A DNA stretch of 63,965 nt, counting the filler, from Octopus bimaculoides (lineage: Eukaryota), in the NCBI RefSeq assembly GCF_001194135.2. It is 8 parts of 5 records of this genome, joined end to end, with 100 filler letters (N's around TTAATTAATTAA, not from the genome) between each part and the next. Parts side by side here need not be neighbours in the genome. Positions count along the whole stretch, not along the records: positions 44,784 to 58,880 come from NC_068985.1; positions 58,981 to 62,682 come from NC_068982.1; positions 62,783 to 63,965 come from NC_068981.1; 5 more parts are not named here. The stretch is one strand, 5' to 3'. Made by a program: the position numbers and the translations under genes. This document shows, one piece after another, positions 52,750 through 63,965 of this stretch (within the stretch, counting starts at the first letter, position 1; every line of letters starts with the position of its first letter). The notes under the pieces were generated by a model, which searched no databases, was not told the origin of the DNA, and saw only the letters and a program-made list of their open reading frames with translations.

Positions 52750-54440
52750 AGATGAGGAAGAGGAGGAGGAGGTGGTGGAGGAGGAGGAGGAGGAGGAAGA
52801 GCAAAAGGCATAGGAGGTCAGCATTGGCTGGCAGATTCAGCTGGCCGGAAACCTAGATCTTAGACTTCGTCATGTGCCACTTTGCGAAAGAACTTATTGC
52901 CTAAAAGCTGAGTACAATACTTGGAACCAGTAATACTTCTCTCAAGTTTCCCGCAGGGTTAAGTGGATAATAGACAAACTTCTTGAATAAAATGGCTGAA
53001 GCCTCTTATAAAAGAATCTTTGTAGCTCCGCTTACAATAATATTTCAAACGAAAACAACTTCGAGGCATATATATTGTCCAGAGCTCGTTATATAGGAAT
53101 GAGGATGATGTTGCTATTGTTGTTTAGCATCCCATCAGCACTTATCAAAGACTTAAGGCCGAAAGCATTCCAGCACTGACAATCTCGTTTTATATTCTTT
53201 CGGCTATACAATAATTATGACTACATTATTCAATATATCCTTCCTTTGTTAAAGATGGTATGATATGAGGGAGGTTTTGTTGAAATTTCTTGCAAGTTGA
53301 GCGATCGTATCGAGAAATGAACGAAGTTCTTTACACATAGACACGAAAATGTGAAAAAAGAAAGGCTTATTTCATCAGGTGTGTACAGAGCTCTTCAGAA
53401 GCATACCTTTCGCACCTAAGAACCGTAAGATTTTAAATATGATAGATTAAATGAAAAAAAAAAAAATAGAAACAAAATAATAATGCTTTCCTTTTGTGAC
53501 CACACAACCGCAAAACTAGATGGGGAGAATGCGACTGTTTTAATTGCATAAATTTATAAGAAAATTTTGGGCACAATGAAAGTGTTCTAAGACGATATCA
53601 AAACCGTGCATTTAGTTGAAGAAATTAAACACACACACACACATGCTGGAGTTCTTTCGGTTTCCGTCAATCATATCCATTCACAAGACTTAGGTCGGCC
53701 CGAGGTTATAGCAGAACACGCTTTCCCAACGTGCCACGAAGTGGGACTGAACCCGGAACCATGTGGTTCCGGAAGCTAACTTCTTACCACACAGCCACGC
53801 CTGAAAAAAACCCCCAAAAAACTATCCATTGAACTATTTTCTCTAGTATTGACCATCATGTCACCAATTTTTTAAAAAGATATGTGAATGTGAGTATGCA
53901 TGTTTGTGTGTGTATGCATGCGAACAAGAGGGGAGGGGGGGGAATAATCCAATATTAGTTCATTTAGTTCTTAATTTATCAACGCTGGATTTATGAAAGG
54001 CTAAATTCAATATTAAGAACAAATTTAGAAAAACAATAATAACGATGATAATGAAGAAAATACTGATGTCGACAGTAAGGATATCATGACTATGGAAAAA
54101 AAAAATTATTCTACTTTACAATTTTGTTCCTCCTTCAGAATACAGAACTAAAATTAATAAAAAAAGGGTCATAAAATGTTGAGTAATTTGTTATCGTAGG
54201 TTTCATTACAACAAGCTATCTGCCGTCCTTTGAGATCGTTGTCTTAGTTTAGCACACAAGGATATAATTATTCCCTTTGTAATTGGTGTTTGTTATCTTC
54301 AGTTTCTGTGTAGATTTATATTTTGTTTCAATCACACATTGTGCCCTCCCACCATTGAACTGGGCAGTACTTCATTATATTCAGTCATGGATAACGTTGA
54401 TGGGTGTGTTCGTGTTAACCAATTGATTAAGATCTGTGTA

Positions 54441-54471
<31 letters not shown>

Positions 54472-54626
54472 GATATGGTGTACATTCATACAAATACATA
54501 CATTTATGCATGTGCATGCGCGCGTCCGCGCTTGCGCGCGCGTGTGTGTAGGTGTATATGTGTAAGAGTTCAAAGAAATATATAAATAATTATTATACAT
54601 ATAGGTGTATAATATATAAATATAGG

Positions 54627-54769
54627 CGCAGGAATGGCTGTGTGGTAAGAAGCTTGCTTTCCAACCACATTGGTTCCGAGTTCGCTTCCACTCCGTGGCA
54701 CCAGCTTCGGGCCAACCAAAGCCTCGTGAGACGGAAACTGAAAGAAGCCCAACGTGTATATATACATAT

Positions 54770-54830
<61 letters not shown>

Positions 54831-55045
54831 TATATATATATATGTGTTTGTGTGTCTGTGTTTATCACCCACCATCACTTGACAACCGATGTTAGTGTGT
54901 TTACATCCCCGTAACTTAGTGGTTCAGCAAAAGATTCCGACAGAATAAGTATTCGGTTTATAGGAAATAAGTCCTGGGGTCGATTTGTTGGACTAAAGGC
55001 GGTGCCCAGCAGTCAAATAACAGAAACAAGTAGAAGAATAAAAGA
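54627..55045 (+). mobile_element. SINE family B copy
   Basis: Matches the 31626-32047 copy, with an internal deletion and a longer TA tract. Confidence 0.8.
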
Positions 55046-56162
55046 ATAAAAGAATATATATATATATATGCATGTATAATATAAATATATATATATATTA
55101 TACATCTATGTTTGTGTGTATGTGTGTGTGTAGTGTGTGTGGTGTGTGTGTGTGTGTGTGTGTGTGTGTATTTAAGCATGTATATAACTCGTGCGGTTTT
55201 ATGTATTAGTCTTCTCTTGCCTATTCCTCAAATTTCTTCTTCTTCTTCTTCTTCTTTTCTCATCTTCCTCCTCCTCCTCCTTCTCTTACTAATATAACAG
55301 TAATAACCACACCAACATATTTCCTTTATCATTAGCTCTTCTGAGATTACAAGTAAATATTTATTTAATGGTCATATAAAACCGGAAATAAAGATTCTTA
55401 GTAATTGTTTTTGTTTCTTTCTCTCTTCTTTATCTTCGCTCTCCTTCTTTTGTCATGTTTTCTGTTTCCTTCTTTCTTTCTTTCATTCATTTTTTCTTTT
55501 GTATTTTTCTTTCTTTCTGTCGTTCCTCGTTTTCTTCTGTTTATTTTTCTTCTTTTATGACATTGGGTGAAGAATTGAGGAAATGGAGCAGAAGCTCTTG
55601 GCTGGAATCGCAGACGTGAAAAATTCAGGTCAGAAACGACTGTCTGCGATATCAAAAGAAGAATTAGCAAGTAATCGTATTCAACAAATGCGTATATAAA
55701 ACATAAGCTAGTAGTCTAATATGAGTGTGCATATGAAGTCACTTGTGATTGGTTAATTTCGGGTTGACCTTAACTGAAAAAACCTACGACGCCCTTCTCT
55801 CTGGCATTGCGCTATCTAGTATGTCCTACATTTTTATACACTTTTCAGAGTGTAATTTGTAGGAGTTGATGTTAGTATTTCTAGTTGTGAAACGGTCTCA
55901 TAGAGGTACCTTCATCAGGCCATATAAAGTAGATGGGTGTCATTTTAGACCTTGGGGTTATTCATTAGAGTTAATTGAATTAAGAATGAGCGTCAAGAAA
56001 CGGTATTAAACTTCTAAAGTGCTTTCATTAATATATAACCTTGGAGGCCAAGTAATGCATAAATGCATAAATTACCAAAATACGTAAGTACATATATACG
56101 TACGTACGTACCTACCTACCTACCTACGTACCTACCTACATACCTGCATACGTACAAACACA

Positions 56163-56226
<64 letters not shown>

Positions 56227-56803
56227 AATATACACAGAAGCACACGCATGCATACTCAACAGTAATGGAGTACAACACTAAAGAGTACAAGCTCTGAATA
56301 AACTTAGCTAATCATCGTACCTCCGGCACATATTAATAAAATTGAAGGCAGATGTTTTCATTAATGGAGCCAAATATAGCATGGGTTCCAATAGACATTT
56401 CACATTTACTTGTTTACAATCAATGGTAAATGAATTCTCTTTTCTGTATCCTACTCATTGCTCTTCATTTCTTTTCCCACTTCTCTCGTCCCATACATAC
56501 ATACATACATACATACATACATACATACAAATCTGCACATACACTAACACCAAATACTGTACACACACACACACACACACANNNNNNNNNNTGCATACAT
56601 GCACACACACATACACATAAAGATACATACATACAGACAGACGGACAGACACATACTCGCATGCAAACACACATACATACACGCGCATATACATAATGAG
56701 AGAGAGAACTACGGAGCAAGAGAGATAATGCGTTTACTTATAAGTTGTTTTAAGCAACTACAATTCACTTAACCACTGCACAATGGACATTATATTATAG
56801 TAA

Positions 56804-56882
56804 ATGTATATTATACATATGTATATTATACATATGTATATTATACATGTGTATATTATACATATGTATATTATTACATATT
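56804..56882. repeat. 15-bp near-palindromic tandem repeat (atgtatattatacat) x5
   Basis: Read directly from the sequence. Confidence 0.85.
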
Positions 56883-56961
56883 TTATACACACACACACAC
56901 ACACACACTCACACACATATATACATTACTATTTTATATTATACTTATAAAATTTATTATA

Positions 56962-57088
56962 TAGGGTGTCCACAAAGTTTGGGTACATGGGGATTAACAC
57001 ATACTTTAAGAAATTATTATTTCTTATATTTAATTGTTTATGTTATGATTTTGTTTACTCCATGTACCCAGACTTTGTGGACACCCTG
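56962..57088. mobile_element. Tc1/mariner-type MITE, 127 bp
   Basis: TA|TAGGGTGTCCACAAAGTTTGGGTACATGG ... CCATGTACCCAGACTTTGTGGACACCCTG|TA: ~29-bp TIR with two mismatches and TA flanks. Confidence 0.85.
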
Positions 57089-57135
57089 TATATACAGAGA
57101 TATAAGCATCCATCTACCATGTATCTATCTATCTG

Positions 57136-57192
<57 letters not shown>

Positions 57193-57514
57193 ACATGCAA
57201 GCTACTACACATACACGAATATGCATACATTCCTATCTATATCTGTATTGTTGAGACGGTTATCACCTCTTTTCGCTGACCATATTTTCTTCATATTCCG
57301 ACAGATAAATTCCGTTTTACATGATTAAGTCTAGATTGCAGATAAAAGGAATTTCTAGAGGAAATTAACAGATGTTATTTTAGGAATACGACCAAAGTAA
57401 ATATATGGGAACGCATATTTGACAATGTAGCAGAACTATTTATAACAACGACGACGGCGATGATGACGTCGACGACTGCGTTAACTGCTACAGTTGTCGA
57501 TGATGATGAGTTTG

Positions 57515-57970
57515 GTTTCAAATTTTGGAACAGTTTTCCGGGAGGATGTAAGTCGACTGCAACTTGTACTCATTTTATCGATCCCGAAAGGATGAAAGGC
57601 AAAGTCGACCTCAGCGGAATTTGAACTCAGAACTTAAAGACTGACGAAATGCCGATAAGCATTTCACCCGGCGTGCTAACTATTCTGCCAACTCGCCCTT
57701 ATAATGATCATGATATTGCTTTCAAATTTTGGCACAAGGCCAGCAATTTCAGAGGAGGGGTAAATTGATTACACCGACACCAATGTTCAAAAGGTGCTTA
57801 TTTTATAGACATCGAAAAGATGAAAGGCAAAGTCGACTTTGACAGAATTTGAAATCAGAACGTAAAGACAGACAAAATGTTGATAAGCATTTTATCCGGT
57901 GCGGTAACAATTCTGCCATCTCGCTGCTTTATAACTGCTGCTGCTGCTGCTACTACTACTACTGCTGCTG

Positions 57971-58022
<52 letters not shown>

Positions 58023-58284
58023 CACTACTTTCTTTCGACTATTGGCACAAGGCCTGGAATGTTTGTTAGGAAGGGTACAGACAATTAGATCGAGTCCAAT
58101 ATTCATCTGGTACTTATTTTATCGATGCTGAAAGAATAAATGGCAAGGGCTACTTCGACGGAGTTTGAACTCGGAACTAACTGGGTCGGGATAAAAAAAA
58201 ATGCTAAGCATTTTGTTTAACACTAAGCAGCTCGGCAATAACATAAAAAAACAGTAGCAGCAACAACTTTATCATCATCATCAT

Positions 58285-58327
<43 letters not shown>

Positions 58328-58705
58328 ACAACAACAACAACAACAACAACCCGTTCTGCTATAGGCACAAGGCGTGAATCTTTGGGGAGGGGGTGATAGT
58401 CGATTAAATCAACTCCAGTACACGACTAGAACTTTGCTCATCGACCTCGAAAGGATGAAAGGCAACGTCAGCTTCGGCAGAATTTGAACTCAGAACGTAG
58501 CGTCGGATGACATGCCGCTAAGCATTTCACACGGCATGCAAACGATTTAGCCAGCTCGCCGATTATAACGACCCCAGTGTTCATCAACCCCGAAAGGATG
58601 AAAGGCGAAGTTAACCTCAGCAGTATTTTGAACTCAGAGCGTAAAGACCGACGAAATACCGTTTGACGTTTTGTCGGGCGTGTTTCTGCCAGCTCGCCGC
58701 CTTGA
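57515..58705 (-). mobile_element. Array of five SINE family A copies in one orientation, with trinucleotide tracts between several
   Basis: Units at about 57515-57700, 57720-57925, 58035-58230, 58360-58560 and 58570-58705. (CTA)n and (CAT)/(CAA)n tracts lie between the middle copies. Confidence 0.8.
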
Positions 58706-58765
58706 CATCAGCAACAATAATAATTTTATTGCTTTGCCCTCATTTAATTCGTTTTTTTAGCGTCC

Positions 58766-58859
<94 letters not shown>

Positions 58860-59067
58860 CAATAATAATAATAATCATAANNNNNNNNNNNNNNNNNNNN
58901 NNNNNNNNNNNNNNNNNNNNNNNNTTAATTAATTAANNNNNNNNNNNNNNNNNNNNNNNNNNNNNNNNNNNNNNNNNNNNATAGATAGATGTAAGTATAG
59001 TTGTAAGTATGTACATATACGTATGTATATTTGCATATATATAATTGATATTATATTTTATATATAT

Positions 59068-59442
59068 TGGCTATGTGGTAAGTAGATTGCCTACTAACCA
59101 CATGGTTCCAGGTTCATTCCCACTGCGTGGCACCTTGGGCAAGTGTCTTCTACTATAGCCTCGGGTCGACCAAAGCCTTGTGAGTGGATTTGGTAGACGG
59201 AAACTGAAAGAAGCCCGTCGTATATATGTATATATATGTATATGTATGTGTATATTTGTGTGTCTGTGTTTGTCCCCCCAGCATCGTTTGAAAACCGACG
59301 CTGGTGTGTTTACGTCCCCGTAACTTAGCGGTTCGGCAATAGAACCGATAGAATAAGTACTAGGCTTACAAGGAATAAGTCCTGGGGTCGATTTGCTCGA
59401 CTAAAGGTGGTGCTCCAGCATGGCCGCAGTCAAATGACTGAC
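59068..59442 (+). mobile_element. SINE family B copy
   Basis: High similarity to 31626-32047. Confidence 0.85.
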
Positions 59443-59991
59443 TCGCAAGCAACCATGTTGGTATCTCGCAATAATTTCCAACATATCAAAAATGATAGAG
59501 AATCGTTAACAATCGCCTTTTTCAACACTATTTAATACTGAGCCCCTGTACTTCCGTAAAGGAATATCAACTGGAGATGTATTCATTTATACATCAAGTA
59601 TGTATAAATGAACACTTTCTCGAAAACATTGTTTTCAAGAAGACACACGTCCTAGACCACATCCAAAGAAAGCTTCCGAACCATTTGGAATTCAGGTGAC
59701 TTACTAATACGCACTATTTCTTCCCGATGTCTTTTTAGCATTTCTACACGAGCCTTTGGTCTTCAGTGATCACTAATAGCATACAATCTTCATTAAAGCC
59801 ACGTCTCATCACCCATAATAGACCATTTCCCTATCCGTATTAACCACATCTTACAATTCTTTCTCATCAGAGCGTCAAACATTTGAAATTCTGTTCCTGT
59901 ACGTTGTTTTCGAGTTTGGCAAAAATATTCATTAAAATAATGTATAGAAACATGTTATAATGAAGACAGGAATCAAAGAAGCTTTCGATAC

Positions 59992-60096
59992 CTTTCGACA
60001 TCTTCTGTCATTACATGGCAACGCTTCATCTGGTATGCCGTCAAGATCACTGTCTTTCGAACAAATGTGTCCATCACCACCATATCCAACTTGACA
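59992..60096 (-). CDS. Thrombospondin/COMP-family exon: end of last EGF repeat plus start of type 3 repeats ([35 protein letters not shown])
   Basis: Lies within ORF 59932..60267. Acceptor TTTCAG|, donor AAG|GTATCG. 105 bp, phase 0/0. The pattern CxxGyxGxGxxCxxDxDxDGxPDxxLxCxxxxCxK is characteristic of thrombospondins. Confidence 0.9.
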
Positions 60097-60153
60097 CTGA
60101 AATAAAGTAACATGAAAAATATAGTTTAATAAAAATAATAATGATTTCTTGTC

Positions 60154-60196
<43 letters not shown>

Positions 60197-61171
60197 TTAC
60201 AGATGAGTGAATGAAAGAGATGCCAGCGAAAATACCAAATTCCCCGGACTACTAACATGGATGACACAAGGAAAAACAGTGCTAATAAAGAAAGACAAAG
60301 AAAAAGAAAAAGAAAGTCAGTAATTATAGACCTATTACGCGGTTACCATTATTCTAGAAATGATCAACATCCTTGTTGATAAAGATTACTGTTATATCTG
60401 TGATCCAATGTTTGTTCCAAGGAAGAAAAGAAACTCTAGTCTTTCTCAAACTATACATAGTATAGAGATAATTGTAATACTCTAGACATTCATCGTCCGA
60501 CATTAAAACATGAAACACAAACATCTCCAAACAAAATAACACAACTCACATTGCGTGTATTATTCACAACAGACGAAATACTAAAATAACATCAAAAACA
60601 GCAAGACAAATCTAAAACCACAAAGTAAAACCAAAATAGTATACAAACATAATTCTAAATCGCCAAAACACAGGGTAACTGGTGGAGTAGAAGAAACTCA
60701 CGTAAAAATGTTTAAAGCATGTTGATAAATACTAATAAGAATAACAATACATACGAAATATATTATCTCAGTAATATACACCATGGGCGTAGAAGGGAAA
60801 ACAAGCAAGCGTTTGAGACAAACAAGAAACGAAACATACTCCCTGAATACAAACAAACAAAATGAAACAATCTCAGGAAGTACAACTGATATTTATTTTA
60901 GGTATTTTATGCCTTACATGTGAATATTACAGACAAAATATGTTGTCTAAATAATATATAACATGCGAATAAATGAGAAACAAGACAGTATCTTTAATAA
61001 AAAATAAAAGGGTTTTGAATCTGAAGAAAACAAAACGAAACGATTCTACTAAATACATATGAAATTTCTTTTATTCACATTTGTTACACACAAAGTAATA
61101 AAAATGTGACACTGGGGAACGGCAACGGAACTTACTGAGAAACTGGAACCACACACACACACACACACACA

Positions 61172-61207
<36 letters not shown>

Positions 61208-61220
61208 CACACACACGCAC

Positions 61221-61262
<42 letters not shown>

Positions 61263-61658
61263 CGGACGCAGACAAGCTCGTTTCCTCATCAGTTTTCGAC
61301 GAAATATTATCACAATTTCATCACACCTGACAACATTGGTCAATTTGGCTGTGGCAGCAAAAACTAGAAAATGCATTACTGAATCTTCCAGGCATACATA
61401 TATGCAGATCATGCATAAAATGGCTGTTGCACACATATTATGTAGCGTATTTCAATACAACAGAAGGCACAAAAACTTAAAAAAACAATTAATTGGGAAC
61501 GTAAAAAAAAAAAAATGGTGCAAACATATACATGATCAAAATTCCAGGACTTGCACATCTATACTACACACAGGAAATAGCATAACTAGGTAAATACACA
61601 TATTATGAAATGTACTTAAAGTACAATAGAAAATGAAATCAAACAAATGCCTAACGTA

Positions 61659-61703
<45 letters not shown>

Positions 61704-61704
61704 C

Positions 61705-61917
61705 CTTTTTACTAAAGGCACAAGGCCTGACATTTTTTGGTGGGAGGGGACTAGTGAATTACATCGACCTCAGTGTTCAACTGATACTATTTTATCGACA
61801 CCGAAAGGATGAATGGCAAAGTCGACCTCGGTGGAATTTGAACTCAGAATGCGAAAACGGACGAAATGCCGTTAAACGTTTCGCCCGGCGTGCTAACGAT
61901 TTTGCAAGCACGCCGTC
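61705..61917 (-). mobile_element. SINE family A copy abutting (ATA)n
   Basis: Reverse-complement family A match. Confidence 0.85.
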
Positions 61918-62476
61918 TTAATAATAGTAGTAATAATATTAGCTCTGATGCTGTAGCAGGCACTGGCTCTCATGGCTTCTGATCTTAACTGGTTAGAAGT
62001 GTTATCATGTACATTATTCTGTCTTGGTATAAAAGATAGGCTACAGCAAATATTCTGCTCAATACCACAGATTTGCTTGTCAGTTGTTTGACCTTGACTA
62101 GTGGAGCATATCCTTTGGTGGCTGACGATATGTGCATCTCTGATCATGAGAATCATAGTCATATGTTGAGAAGAATTCTTTGGGGTTTGAATAATTCATC
62201 TGAAGGCATGGGTGTTTCGTTCAACATCATTAAACGACCTTTATTCAGGGACCTTTTGAGTGGGATGGGCTACTCGAACTGAAGAAAATTCTAACTGGGC
62301 CCCACCTGCAAGGTCATGCGCTGTTAATCTTTATATGTGATCACCATGTCATGCACATATGGTTGTGATGCATGTGCCTGGTGTACCCTTATCAGACGGG
62401 TAGTCATGATGGGTATATTGGACTTCGTATATTTTACCCCAGTATCACTTTGATGGCATGCACTACTCTATCACTC

Positions 62477-62559
<83 letters not shown>

Positions 62560-62565
<6 letters not shown>

Positions 62566-62682
62566 GGCGAAAGAATTTGACAAGATCAGTAAATATAAAG
62601 ACTTGCTAATAGAAATTGAAAAAATGTGGCACCTCAAGGCGACTACCATACCAGTGATTGTTGGATCTCTAGGAATGATAAA
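62560..62682 (+). mobile_element. R4/Dong-like endonuclease C-terminal fragment following (TAA)n
   Basis: KEFDKISKYKDLLIEIEKMWHLKATTIPVIVGSLGMI. Cut by the spacer at 62683. Confidence 0.85.
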
Positions 62683-62782
62683 NNNNNNNNNNNNNNNNNN
62701 NNNNNNNNNNNNNNNNNNNNNNNNNNTTAATTAATTAANNNNNNNNNNNNNNNNNNNNNNNNNNNNNNNNNNNNNNNNNNNN

Positions 62783-62818
<36 letters not shown>

Positions 62819-63439
62819 GTGTATGTCTTGATGTATACCTATCGAGCTACCTGTATATCTGTCAAACTATCACTCTATATCTATACATATGTATGCATGT
62901 ATTTATGTGTGAGAGTATGGCGTGTGTGTGTTTGTACATTTACGTATCTTTGGGAGTGAGTCAGCGTTGCTTCTATTTCTTCTCTAAGTGAAAAAAACCC
63001 CAAGAAACGTAGAGCAGTAATGATTTTAATAAACAAAATAAAGATAAAAAAATACATAAATTGCCAATGATTTTAAAACACATAACGACTGCATTACCAA
63101 GATTTTCTCTCCCATATAGGCCATAGCAAAAATATCTTAGAACATTTTATATTAATAATATTAATAATAATGATAATAATACGATATAGGGAACAACAAA
63201 AAAACATCGTTTTTTCTCACTCCTTTTCCTTTCCAATTTCGTTTCATTTATGTATCTATATATGTATGTATATACTTACCTATGTAAATATACAGACATA
63301 CATATATATATGTATATGCATACATACATGCGTACATACATACATACCTCTCTCTATCTCTCTATCTCTCTCTCCCTCTCTCTCTCTCTCCCTAACTCCT
63401 TCTCTCTCGCTCTCTCTCTCTCTGTGCGTGCGTGCGTGT

Positions 63440-63481
<42 letters not shown>

Positions 63482-63965
63482 TTTGGTTCATGTATTTTTC
63501 TGGTGTGATGATGGAGATTTTTTTNNNNNNNNNNTATATTTCTCTCATATTTTGGGGAAATATATATATATATATACACACTTGTATATATGTGTCTGTG
63601 TATAAATACATAGTTATGTATGAACGTGCGTGTATGTATGTATGTATGTACGTACCAACGTACGTACGTACGCCTGTAAGTATATGTAGGTGTGCTTACA
63701 TATATCTTGTTGATTTTTTCTGGCTTCTTTCAGCTGGTAGGAATCGATATCTAAACCTAAATAGTACTTTTGGTCTTGGATGGACTTGCATTTCTTTAAA
63801 AGCAGCTTATTATCATATCTTGCTCTCTTATTTCCAGACGCAGGAACACCCACATCAGTTCCAAATTTAGCATCCACATATACAGATGGACGGACAACGA
63901 GAAGACAGACAAGCACACACACAGAAATAAATATATATCCATATATATATATATATATATATATA

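Noticed and set aside
54332-54431. Minus ORF ending SSMVGGHNV, tempting as the missing IVGG exon of the protease
   Set aside because: Met instead of Ile/Val, stop follows immediately, no good donor, and it lies several linkers away from the protease segment.
63614-63922. 102-aa minus ORF with a GTAAG donor-like site near 63690
   Set aside because: No convincing acceptor, no thrombospondin or other motif, flanks are microsatellite.

Overview
AT-rich, microsatellite-dense animal genomic DNA. The tRNA-derived SINE content suggests an octopus or other cephalopod (inference from recalled repeat families, not a search result). The window is not one contiguous locus. Seven identical 100-bp spacers (44 N + TTAATTAATTAA + 44 N) join eight segments, so adjacency across them is unproven. 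Two host genes are supportable, both partial and on the minus strand. (1) The last three exons of an S1A chymotrypsin/elastase-type serine protease (19552-19378, 14501-14359, 12543-12361), with clean GT-AG sites, matching phases, catalytic Asp and Ser, and an atypical S1 pocket; the IVGG and His57 exons are absent. (2) One 105-bp thrombospondin/COMP-family exon (60096-59992). The rest is mostly mobile DNA: R4/Dong-like, RTE-like and Penelope retroelement relics, a mariner fragment, short non-autonomous TIR elements (piggyBac-, hAT-, Tc1-type), a Helentron/HINE-like element, and many SINEs of at least four families, often in head-to-tail arrays. Less obvious items are a decayed 28S rRNA fragment in a protease intron, a pre-miRNA-sized hairpin, a ~200-bp foldback, a tRNA-Lys 5' half fused to a SINE, and a CpG/ETS-motif island ending in a strong splice donor. 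Almost all long ORFs in the track are microsatellite or N-gap artefacts. I see no convincing novel multi-gene system.
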